In this document: positions 1 to 7,037 of the stretch, piece by piece
Layout: each line of letters begins with the position of its first letter
Position numbering within the stretch: position 1 is the stretch's first letter
Virus record (IMG/VR): IMGVR_UViG_2917045514_000007
Coordinates: 44,755 to 64,754 of that record
DNA length: 20,000 bases
Strand: one strand, 5' to 3'
Source: an uncultured virus (IMG/VR IMGVR_UViG_2917045514_000007)
Lineage: Duplodnaviria; Heunggongvirae; Uroviricota; Caudoviricetes
Notes under the pieces: generated by a model
Told to the model about the DNA's origin: nothing
Seen by the model: the letters and a program-made list of their open reading frames with translations, nothing else
Databases searched by the model: none
Position numbers and translations under genes: made by a program

Positions 1-101
1 ATCCAGACGAGGAGTACACCAGGGACCAAATGCGTGAGAGTAACCTCAGCATCATCGGCTGGGTCTTCTGGTGGTCCGTCATGAGACGTAGAAAACACTG
101 A
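1..101 (+). CDS. 3' end of a phage CI/PrtR-like repressor (S24 peptidase domain), partial
   Basis: Frame from nt 3 reads PDEEYTRDQMRESNLSIIGWVFWWSVMRRRKH* (TGA 99-101). The 'PDEEY...IIGxVFW' ending is typical of Pseudomonas S24-family repressors, and the position fits the immunity region. Confidence 0.75.
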   Translation, partial: PDEEYTRDQMRESNLSIIGWVFWWSVMRRRKH

Positions 102-137
102 GTCCGCTCCCTCCCGCCTGGCCAGCCCCGTCCGGGG

Positions 138-404
138 CTACCAGGCCTGCTCGCCCCTCTCCTGCTCCTCCCACCTCAACGTGACGCTGCCGTCATCGTT
201 GAAAGTCAGATCAATGCCGTCCGTCTCGGCCAACACTTCCATAATCCCTTCCCAGGCCTCGTCTGCATCCGTGTCCAGACGGTGAATAGTTACTGTCCGA
301 AGCTCTTGGGCCTTCGGCGAGTTGATCATCTGGGTCACCCGCAACCCTAGCTTCTCACCCGCGGTGAGAACCTGGGCTTCCTGCTTTTTCTTTTGCTTGG
401 CCAT
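138..404 (-). CDS. DUF1654-like small protein (88 aa), probably SOS-regulated
   Basis: ATG at 404 with GGAGGT RBS (409-414, minus). Sequence 'EKLGLRVTQMINSPKAQ...VTIHRLDTDADEAWEGIMEVLAETDGIDLTFNDDGSVTLRW' resembles Pseudomonas DUF1654 proteins. Confidence 0.75.
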   Translation of the reverse strand: MAKQKKKQEAQVLTAGEKLGLRVTQMINSPKAQELRTVTIHRLDTDADEAWEGIMEVLAETDGIDLTFNDDGSVTLRWEEQERGEQAW

Positions 405-419
405 AAGCACCTCCACAAG

Positions 420-435
420 CTGTATATCCATACAG
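420..435. promoter_or_regulatory. LexA (SOS) box CTGTATATCCATACAG
   Basis: Matches the gammaproteobacterial CTGT-N8-ACAG consensus and overlaps the -10 of the minus-strand promoter upstream of the DUF1654-like gene. Confidence 0.85.
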
Positions 436-460
436 TATTACCAGGGCCCCTACTTTTCAA
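432..460 (-). promoter_or_regulatory. Sigma70-type promoter for the DUF1654-like gene
   Basis: Minus strand TTGAAA (460-455), 17 nt spacer, TACTGT (437-432). Confidence 0.65.
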
Positions 461-494
461 GAGCGCTATTTTGATTTTTTTAATACCGCAGGTC

Positions 495-523
495 TTGACC
501 AATAATATGACCGCTGATAATTT
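495..523 (+). promoter_or_regulatory. PL-like early promoter
   Basis: TTGACC (495-500), 17 nt spacer, TAATTT (518-523) in an AT-rich patch at the head of the long + strand operon. Confidence 0.55.
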
Positions 524-813
524 TCACGCCATCGGCACAGAAACTCGTGACGACAGAACAGGCCACAGCGAGCCAAGGCCTTGCCGACAGGCAGAACGGG
601 ATTCAGGGGACGCCTCGCCCCGGGTGTGCAGCTTCGAGCACCGCAAGCGAGAGTCGGCAGCAAAGCGTGGCCGGCTGTCGGGATCTCAGGTCCCCCGAGA
701 AAGCATTCGCCCAGCCGGAGGTGGCGCGTAACGCCGGCCAGCAACACCGATTTCTCAGATGCCCTTCGCAAGAGGGGCATCGAAGAAGTCAACACGCCCT
801 GGAGGGCAAGACG

Positions 814-1020
814 ATGAATGAAAAGGCCTTACTGGCTTTACGTCAGTCTCTTCGAATCATTCGCAGGGAGAGCGATGTACACCGAGCGCGCATCGAGTAC
901 TACGAAACGGTCGGGATGTTGCGCGGATTGCACTACGGCGGAGCGATCGATTCCTGGCAGCTATTAGCTCTAACCGAGCTAGCAGGAAGCGCATACATCA
1001 ACGCCGGTAAACCCTGGTAA
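814..1020 (+). CDS. Hypothetical phage protein (68 aa)
   Basis: GGAGG RBS at 801-805 before ATG 814 (MNEKALLALRQ...). The longer ORF from 547 runs through a structured leader. Confidence 0.7.
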   Translation: MNEKALLALRQSLRIIRRESDVHRARIEYYETVGMLRGLHYGGAIDSWQLLALTELAGSAYINAGKPW

Positions 1021-1030
1021 GGAGACTGAA

Positions 1031-1237
1031 ATGGCTCAATTCAACATCGATTCCCACCTGAGTGACGGAAAGAGCCTGCAATGGCTTGCTCTGCCGGACG
1101 CTGGTGAACAGCCTCTGGACGTTGAGGTGAAGGTTCGCCAGGCGGCCATGAAGAAGTTCGGACAGTCCGTCTTCTTCAATTGTTGGGAGCACGTAGTTGC
1201 CAGCAACGGCTACATCACCGTGCGGATGCATGCGTGA
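1031..1237 (+). CDS. Hypothetical phage protein (68 aa)
   Basis: AAGGAG RBS directly after the previous stop; compact operon spacing. Confidence 0.75.
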   Translation: MAQFNIDSHLSDGKSLQWLALPDAGEQPLDVEVKVRQAAMKKFGQSVFFNCWEHVVASNGYITVRMHA

Positions 1238-1254
1238 TGTAAGGAGTCGACCCG

Positions 1255-1479
1255 ATGACAATCATTCACGAATGCGACCGGTGCAACGCGCCCGGTCGCG
1301 TGATCGAGACGTCCGACGGATTCCGCTGCGATGGTTGCTACGAGGAGGCGCAGGAGCAGGTGCGCAGCGATGCGAGCTGCCCCGAGTGTGGGCGCCTGGG
1401 GGTGACGGCTACCGGAATTTGTTACGCCTGTGAGAACACTGCCCCGGTTCGCCGGGGCATCACCGAGGAAAGGACATGA
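1255..1479 (+). CDS. Small Cys-rich putative double Zn-ribbon protein
   Basis: AAGGAG RBS at 1241-1246; four CxxC motifs (CDRC, CDGC, CPEC, CYAC). Confidence 0.7.
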   Translation: MTIIHECDRCNAPGRVIETSDGFRCDGCYEEAQEQVRSDASCPECGRLGVTATGICYACENTAPVRRGITEERT

Positions 1480-1634
1480 GCAACTACGCGCTGAACATCT
1501 ACAACGCTTGGGTTGGCGAAATGGACAAGCTGAGCCGCAGCGGCCGCCAGACAAGAGCCAAGTATCTGAAGGTTCGCAAGCTGGCGATTCTCTTTATTCG
1601 AGCTGGCAGCGTGCGTGCGGCCTTCCCGCTTTAA
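1476..1634 (+). CDS. Small basic hypothetical protein (52 aa; not in ORF track)
   Basis: GAGGAAAGGA RBS, ATGA overlap with upstream stop; MSNYALNIYNAWVGEMDKLSRSGRQTRAKYLKVRKLAILFIRAGSVRAAFPL*. Confidence 0.65.
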   Translation: MSNYALNIYNAWVGEMDKLSRSGRQTRAKYLKVRKLAILFIRAGSVRAAFPL

Positions 1635-1696
1635 CCCGCAGCCCTGCCCGTAGCAGGGCATCACCAGCCCCACCGAACTCTATCCGGAGACACACG

Positions 1697-1909
1697 ATGA
1701 AGCGAAACGCCAACCCGGCGGCGACCGTTGCTGCCTGGAATTCCGCATACCCCGCCGGCACCGAGGTCAACTATCGGTTTCATCGCCACGCCACGCCGAA
1801 GCGCACCCGGACGACAACCGAAGCCCAGGTCCTCGGCGGCCACACCGCTGTCGTCTGGCTCGCGGGCGTGTCTGGTTGCGTTGCCCTTTCCCACTGCGAG
1901 CCGGCTTGA
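1697..1909 (+). CDS. Hypothetical protein (70 aa), paralogue of the C-terminal domain of the adjacent CsrA fusion
   Basis: GGAG RBS, ATG 1697 (MKRNANPAATVAAWN...). 27/66 ungapped identities by hand to the C-terminal half of 1944-2315. Confidence 0.8.
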   Translation: MKRNANPAATVAAWNSAYPAGTEVNYRFHRHATPKRTRTTTEAQVLGGHTAVVWLAGVSGCVALSHCEPA

Positions 1910-1943
1910 GCCCGCGCGCCCAGCATCCTGAACGGAGGCACAC

Positions 1944-2315
1944 ATGCTGATCCTCACTCGCCGAGTCGGCGAAACCCTGCACATTGGCGACGACATCACC
2001 GTGACCGTCGTCGAGAACAGAGGCGGCCAGATCCGCCTCGGAATCGTTGCTCCGGAAGCGATGGCCATTCATCGCGCCGAGATCTACGCCCGGGTTGGCG
2101 CCGTCCGGTCCGCCTCACCCAAAGACCTGGTTGAAGAGTGGAATCGCACGCACCCGGCCCAGGTGGCCGTTGAGTACCGTCCGCTCCGCGACTCCATCCC
2201 CATCCGCACCAGAACGCTCACTCAAGCCAAAGTTTCCGCCTCCGGCATGGCGGTGATCTGGCTAGAAGGTCAGGCCACGCCGGTGCTGCTGCGCAACTGC
2301 ACTGCTGTTTCCTGA
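1944..2315 (+). CDS. csrA: CsrA/RsmA-family RNA-binding regulator with extra C-terminal domain
   Basis: N-terminus [23 protein letters not shown]...QIRLGIVAP...IHRAEIY is colinear with RsmA/CsrA, including Arg44; GGAGG RBS. Confidence 0.92.
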   Translation: MLILTRRVGETLHIGDDITVTVVENRGGQIRLGIVAPEAMAIHRAEIYARVGAVRSASPKDLVEEWNRTHPAQVAVEYRPLRDSIPIRTRTLTQAKVSASGMAVIWLEGQATPVLLRNCTAVS

Positions 2316-2335
2316 GCCCGTTTCATCCCCCCCTT

Positions 2336-2359
2336 GCCCGGCTCCGGCCGGGCTTTTTT
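2336..2359 (+). terminator. Rho-independent terminator
   Basis: GCCCGGC-TCCG-GCCGGGC followed by T6. Confidence 0.85.
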
Positions 2360-2457
2360 CACCGCCCACATTCGCATGAACGTTCCCCGACTCCCCGCCG
2401 AGCAAGCCCGGCGGCGCGAGCGTTCAGCCGAATGCAGGTGAATACGGAGCACACGCC

Positions 2458-2961
2458 ATGATCGACCCACGAGCGAACAGCCTGGAGAAACTGGTGCCGC
2501 CGGCACCGCTGCCCCACGTCAGCCGCGGCGCGCTCAAGCGCATCAAGCATCCTCAGCCAATCCCCTCCGGCTGCCCGCACTGCGGCGGCCTGGTCCGGCT
2601 GGTCAGCAACCGGGTGATCTACGGTCGCGAGTACGGCGACTGGCCATATGCATACGCCTGTACTGGCACGGGCTGCGGCGCTTACGTGGGCCTGCATCCC
2701 GACACCGACATCCCGCTGGGAACGCTGGCCGACAAGCCGCTGCGCGACGCTCGCAACCGCTGCAAGCGCCCATTCGAACGCATCTGGCGCGACAAGCTGA
2801 TGACGCGCAGTCAGGCCTACGCCTGGCTCGCCGCTGAACTCCAAATCACGCCGCCCGAATGCCACTTCGGACTCTTCGACGTTGACCGGTGTGAGCGGGC
2901 CAAACGCATCTGCGACCAGTACCTGGAAGCGATCTACACCAGTTCAGCGAGGTGGGGATGA
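2458..2961 (+). CDS. DUF3268-like zinc-finger protein
   Basis: CPHC...IYG...YAC..CGAYVGLHP.T.IPLGTLAD..LR...RSQAYAWLA..L......CHFGLFD pattern. Confidence 0.8.
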   Translation: MIDPRANSLEKLVPPAPLPHVSRGALKRIKHPQPIPSGCPHCGGLVRLVSNRVIYGREYGDWPYAYACTGTGCGAYVGLHPDTDIPLGTLADKPLRDARNRCKRPFERIWRDKLMTRSQAYAWLAAELQITPPECHFGLFDVDRCERAKRICDQYLEAIYTSSARWG

Positions 2962-3107
2962 TGTGGACATACCGCGAGCGCCACAACCGCGCAGCGTTCA
3001 ACTGCGCCCAGCAGGCCTGGGACCGCGAAGTCGATCCGCTCTGGGACCAGCCGGACCCGGAGCCCGAGGACGAAGAGCAGGAGGACGAAGATGGCCTTCA
3101 GCGATGA
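2961..3107 (+). CDS. Small acidic hypothetical protein (48 aa; not in ORF track)
   Basis: GAGGTG RBS, overlaps upstream stop; MWTYRERHNRAAFNCAQQAWDREVDPLWDQPDPEPEDEEQEDEDGLQR*. Confidence 0.6.
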   Translation: MWTYRERHNRAAFNCAQQAWDREVDPLWDQPDPEPEDEEQEDEDGLQR

Positions 3108-3312
3108 ACGCGCGGTGCTGATGATCGAGGAAGGCATTACGGCGATGCGCCGATCACCGTTCCCACGCCCGGACCAGAAGTTCGTCCACGGCCAAATTGA
3201 ACTGGCCTATGCGGTCGGCTTCATCGACACCCGTATTTACGACGACATGCGCCACCGGCTCGACGCCGCGTCGGACGCCCGCTGGGCAGAACTCAGGAGC
3301 ACTCGGGTATGA
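3091..3312 (+). CDS. Hypothetical phage protein (73 aa)
   Basis: GGAGG RBS upstream; translationally coupled to the next ORF (ATGA). Confidence 0.7.
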   Translation: MAFSDERAVLMIEEGITAMRRSPFPRPDQKFVHGQIELAYAVGFIDTRIYDDMRHRLDAASDARWAELRSTRV

Positions 3313-3680
3313 ATCCAATCACCCGCTTTCAAGTCCGGGCCGGCCGAGACGCAGCTAGCCGCTGTGAGTTCGTTCGGGAAACGAAGGCCTACTACGTTCG
3401 AGCCGACGGCACGCGCATCGCGAAGCGCGCTGACTGGTACAGGTTCTACGCCACCGAACAGGAAGCGCAGTCTGCAATCGAGCGCGACAACCGCAAGCGG
3501 GCGGAACGCGCAGCACGGCGGCGCGTTGAAAGCTACGGACCCGAATTACTCATCGCCCTGGAGCAGGCGTACTGCGCGCTGGTCGGCTATCTGCCGCAGC
3601 ATCGCAACGCGATCACAACTGCGGCGATCGAGGCGGCCCGAAGCGCAATCGACAAAGCCAAGGGAGGGGCCTCCGCATGA
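3309..3680 (+). CDS. Hypothetical phage protein (123 aa)
   Basis: AGGAG RBS; ATGA overlaps on both ends. Confidence 0.7.
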   Translation: MNPITRFQVRAGRDAASRCEFVRETKAYYVRADGTRIAKRADWYRFYATEQEAQSAIERDNRKRAERAARRRVESYGPELLIALEQAYCALVGYLPQHRNAITTAAIEAARSAIDKAKGGASA

Positions 3681-3796
3681 AGCCAAATGCGACTGGCGCC
3701 CGCCGGGCGCTCACCGAAGTTGCGTCGGCCATCGGCGTGCTGGCCCTGGTGGCTCCGTTTTACGGCTGGCTGATCTACAGGATGCTCCCGACATGA
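3677..3796 (+). CDS. Small single-TM membrane peptide (39 aa; not in ORF track)
   Basis: GGAGG RBS, ATGA overlap; MKPNATGARRALTEVASAIGVLALVAPFYGWLIYRMLPT*. Confidence 0.6.
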   Translation: MKPNATGARRALTEVASAIGVLALVAPFYGWLIYRMLPT

Positions 3797-3945
3797 ACGC
3801 GAAACGCAAAGCCATCTGGGTGGGCGGCCTGATTGGCGGCCTCCTCTTCCTGCTCATTCTCGCCCTAGGCCCGATCTGGGGCGGACTGATTACCGCGGAA
3901 CAACCAGCCACGGCGCCGGCAGCCGTCAAGCGAGCAACACCATGA
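3793..3945 (+). CDS. Small single-TM membrane protein (50 aa)
   Basis: ATGA overlap; MNAKRKAIWVGGLIGGLLFLLILALGPIWGGLITAEQ... has a hydrophobic helix after a basic N-terminus. Confidence 0.65.
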   Translation: MNAKRKAIWVGGLIGGLLFLLILALGPIWGGLITAEQPATAPAAVKRATP

Positions 3946-4697
3946 CAAACATGAATAGCAACATGGCTATCTGGGACCAGGTGAAAGAGACGGACACCAG
4001 GTACACAAGGCAGGCGAAGCTCAACGGTCAGGACATGACGTCCATCAACGGCTTGTATATCGTCCGTCGTGCGACTGAGCTATTCGGCCCCGTCGGCAAG
4101 GGCTGGGGCTGGAAAGTCTTGGTAGAGCGCTTCGATGAAGGCGCACCGCACCTCGATAAGAACGGTGCGGTCATCTGCCACGACAAGACCCACACCCTGT
4201 ACATCGAACTCTGGTATCGCCACGACGGGACGATCAATCACGCCCGCCAATACGGGCACACCCCCTACGTCTACAAGACCGAGTGGGGCTTCAAGACCGA
4301 CCACGACTACGGCAAGAAGTCACTCACCGACGCCATCAAGAAGTGTCTGTCACTCCTCGGGTTCAGCGCCGACATTCACATGGGCATGTTCGACGACACG
4401 ACCTATGTCGAAGGCCTGAAGCTGAAAGAGCGCCTGGCCGATGCCGGCGATCCCGAGACAGCCCTGGACGAAGCCAAGGACGAATTCAAGACCTGGCTTC
4501 GCGCACAACTCGACGCGATCGCCGCGGCACCGAACTCCCGCGCCCTGGAGTTAATGCGTAAGCAAGTCGCCGAGAAGGCCCGCGCCAAAGCGCCAGTCGT
4601 CAACTTCAACCCCTCAGAGATTGAGCTGCGCGTGAATGAAGCCGCCGATGAGCGCCTGCGCCAGCTTTCCCCCGCTCCTACCAGCCCCGAGGAATGA
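3942..4697 (+). CDS. Sak/Rad52-like single-strand annealing protein
   Basis: 'ATELFGPVGKGWGW' and 'KKSLTDAIKKCLSLLGFSADIH' resemble Rad52/Sak motifs; lies in the recombination module with exonuclease, SSB and RdgC. Confidence 0.65.
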   Translation: MTNMNSNMAIWDQVKETDTRYTRQAKLNGQDMTSINGLYIVRRATELFGPVGKGWGWKVLVERFDEGAPHLDKNGAVICHDKTHTLYIELWYRHDGTINHARQYGHTPYVYKTEWGFKTDHDYGKKSLTDAIKKCLSLLGFSADIHMGMFDDTTYVEGLKLKERLADAGDPETALDEAKDEFKTWLRAQLDAIAAAPNSRALELMRKQVAEKARAKAPVVNFNPSEIELRVNEAADERLRQLSPAPTSPEE

Positions 4698-4701
4698 CAC
4701 C

Positions 4702-5718
4702 ATGACCATCCTGAAAAATGTTGACCTGGAAAACGGTACCGTCGAGGTCGCCGAGTACAACGCAACCAACGCCGCCCTGGCAAAACTTCGCGAGAAGTAC
4801 GCGACGCTGCCGGACGCCAATACCGCCGATGGCTACGAGTTCATCAAGGCCGGTATCAAGGAATTGACCACACTGCGCACCAGCCTGGAAGCCGCTCGCA
4901 AGCGTGAAAAGGCGCCTTACATCGAGGCAGGCCAGATCATCGACGCCGAGGCGAAGCGGATCACCGCCGCACTGGTGACGTTGGAAGATCCGATGAAGGC
5001 CGCCAAGAAGGAGGTCGACGATCGCGTCGAACGCGAGCGCCAGGAACGGATCGCACGCCTGATGTCGAAGGTCGACGCCATCAAAGGGATGCCGGCCCAG
5101 GTACGCGGCAAGACCAGCGACGAGATTGCCGCGATGATCGACCGCTGTGGCGAAATCGACACCGCACACGACTTCTACGACTTGACGAAGGAAGCCCAAG
5201 CCGCACAGCAGGCGGCCATGGACGAACTGACCCAAATGCTGACCGACCGCCTGGCCTTCGAGCAAGCGGAGCGCCAGCGGCAGGAGTTGGAAGCCCAGCA
5301 AGCCGAAATGCGCCGCCGCATGGAGGAGCAACAGGCGGAAATGCGCCGGCAGCAAGAGGAAATGCAACGCCAACGCGAAGAACTGGCGCGCCAGCAGCAG
5401 GAGCTTGCCGCCGCGCGCCAGCAGCTCGCCGAGCAGGACACGCCCGTCGCTGTCGAGCCGGAGGCGCCGAAGGCCGAGGTTGCACCAGCGCCCGCCCAGA
5501 TCAAGCCCGCCGGCAAGGCAGCAGAGCCCGGCGCTATCCAGTGGCGCGCCCGCGTCGTCGATAAAAGCGCGTTCATCGCCGCCATCGCCGAAGGCCTGGC
5601 TACCGAAGACTTGCTCGTTGTCGACCAGCCGGCCCTGGACAGCCTGGCCAACAGCAAGGGCCAAACGCTGAATCTGCCGGGCGTGATCGTCGAAAAGGCC
5701 CCCGCGAAAGCGGCCTGA
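4702..5718 (+). CDS. Long coiled-coil phage protein (recombination-module associated)
   Basis: GAGG RBS before ATG 4702 (MTILKNVDLE...); E/Q/R-rich heptads, Pro/Ala linker, small C-terminal domain. Confidence 0.7.
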   Translation: MTILKNVDLENGTVEVAEYNATNAALAKLREKYATLPDANTADGYEFIKAGIKELTTLRTSLEAARKREKAPYIEAGQIIDAEAKRITAALVTLEDPMKAAKKEVDDRVERERQERIARLMSKVDAIKGMPAQVRGKTSDEIAAMIDRCGEIDTAHDFYDLTKEAQAAQQAAMDELTQMLTDRLAFEQAERQRQELEAQQAEMRRRMEEQQAEMRRQQEEMQRQREELARQQQELAAARQQLAEQDTPVAVEPEAPKAEVAPAPAQIKPAGKAAEPGAIQWRARVVDKSAFIAAIAEGLATEDLLVVDQPALDSLANSKGQTLNLPGVIVEKAPAKAA

Positions 5719-5765
5719 CCATCCACCTCGCACCGGCCACGCCGGCACAGTTCAAGGAAACGAGA

Positions 5766-6320
5766 ATGACCAGTATCGACTGGAGCATCGCGCCTCATTG
5801 GGCGCAGGCAGTGGTCACTACCGAGCACGGCAACGATATGTACTGGGTTGAGGGATGGGGCTGCCGGATCAGCAAACGCCAGCGCGTGGGCAACCTGCGG
5901 CCAGACCTCAACACCTGCGACATGACCAAACTGGACCACGCATGGCGACTGGTGGAACGTCGTCCTGTGGCTGATGAGGCAAAGGAGCCTGTCATACAGT
6001 GGAACGGCCAAGAAGGCCTGCCGCCGGTCGGCGTGGAATGCGAATACAGGCACATGATCTGGCCGGAGTATCGGCGCTGTGAAATTCGGTACATCAGCGA
6101 CGAGTCGTTAGTTGCGTACGACAACGGCCAAGAACAGTACTACCGCACGCGCGACATGCTGTTCCGCCCGCTCCCCACCCCCGAGCAGATCGCCGCCCAG
6201 GCTGTCGATGCCATGCTCAGCGACTACCAGTACAAGGTTGGCTCCTGTACGTTCATGCTCACGCGCGAACAGGCTGAACGGTTGTACGCCATCGGCTACC
6301 GCAAGCACCCCTCCTCCTAA
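5766..6320 (+). CDS. Hypothetical phage protein (184 aa)
   Basis: AAGGA RBS; two-module look (IDWSIAPHWA... and WNGQEGLPPVGVECEY...). Confidence 0.75.
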   Translation: MTSIDWSIAPHWAQAVVTTEHGNDMYWVEGWGCRISKRQRVGNLRPDLNTCDMTKLDHAWRLVERRPVADEAKEPVIQWNGQEGLPPVGVECEYRHMIWPEYRRCEIRYISDESLVAYDNGQEQYYRTRDMLFRPLPTPEQIAAQAVDAMLSDYQYKVGSCTFMLTREQAERLYAIGYRKHPSS

Positions 6321-6428
6321 TCCCCCCAACCCCTCCGAACCGCCTGCGCCGGCGCCCGCCGCCGGTGCGGCATCCGGGTGCGCGTTCATCGAGCGCGCAG
6401 CCTGATGCCCAACCACTGAGGACAGACC

Positions 6429-7034
6429 ATGCTCACCAACATTTTCGACTTCGAAACGACGGGTATTCCCGAGTGGAAGTTGCCCAGTGAAGACCCGTGC
6501 CAGCCCCACATCGTAGAAGTTGCCGCTCTGCTCTGCGATGCCGCCGGCAACACCATCGATCGCTTTGAGGCGATCGTGCGACCCAACGGCTGGGAAATCA
6601 GCCCCGAAATGACCGCGATCCACGGCATCAGCCACGAACAGGCGATGGATGTTGGCATCAGCGAGGCCGAGGCTCTGGAGGGATTTCTTGCGATCAACGG
6701 CCGCGCAGCCCGCCGCGCGGCGCACAACATCAGCTTCGACGACCGTATCACTCGCATCGCGCTGATGCGCTACCAGGACGAGGATGCGGCCAACGCCTTC
6801 AAGGAATCGGGTGAGAAGTTCTGCACCTGCTATCGCTCCCGCGCACAGGTCGCGCTTCCCCGCAACAAGCTGCCGACCTTGGCCGAGGCATACAAGCACT
6901 TCACCGGGGAGGACCTCGTGGAGGCTCACCGCGCGATGCCGGACGCCCAAGCCTGCGCCCGCATCTACTTCGCTTTGCAGGGAGTCGATGTGGCGCCGGC
7001 CAGTTCGGTGCCGCCGGCTGAGGCGGAGGCCTGA
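6429..7034 (+). CDS. DEDDh 3'-5' exonuclease (DnaQ/epsilon-like)
   Basis: ExoI DFETTG, ExoII AHNISFD, ExoIII AHRAMPDA. Confidence 0.9.
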   Translation: MLTNIFDFETTGIPEWKLPSEDPCQPHIVEVAALLCDAAGNTIDRFEAIVRPNGWEISPEMTAIHGISHEQAMDVGISEAEALEGFLAINGRAARRAAHNISFDDRITRIALMRYQDEDAANAFKESGEKFCTCYRSRAQVALPRNKLPTLAEAYKHFTGEDLVEAHRAMPDAQACARIYFALQGVDVAPASSVPPAEAEA

Positions 7035-7037
7035 GCC

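Noticed and set aside
581..660. tRNA gene (cloverleaf-like fold)
   Set aside because: No T-loop GTTCRA in the proper position, no canonical D or anticodon arms, no CCA.
547..813. N-terminal extension of ORF 547-1020 (likewise 1430-1696, 3364-3792, 9052-9132, 13217-13564)
   Set aside because: Better RBS-supported internal starts exist, and the extensions cross structured leaders or other genes.
758..1665. CRISPR-like array or integron attC sites from the repeated hairpins
   Set aside because: Repeats are not identical or regularly spaced, there are no cas genes, and no clear RYYYAAC/GTTRRRY attC boundaries.
1685..2452. RsmA-binding sites at the CGGAG(G)CACAC-type RBSs around the csrA gene
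   Set aside because: GGA is intrinsic to Shine-Dalgarno sequences and cannot be distinguished from ordinary RBSs without experiments.
5270..5430. Tandem DNA repeat in the coiled-coil gene
   Set aside because: Reflects low-complexity Q/E/R heptads (e.g. QQAEMRR twice), ordinary for coiled coils.
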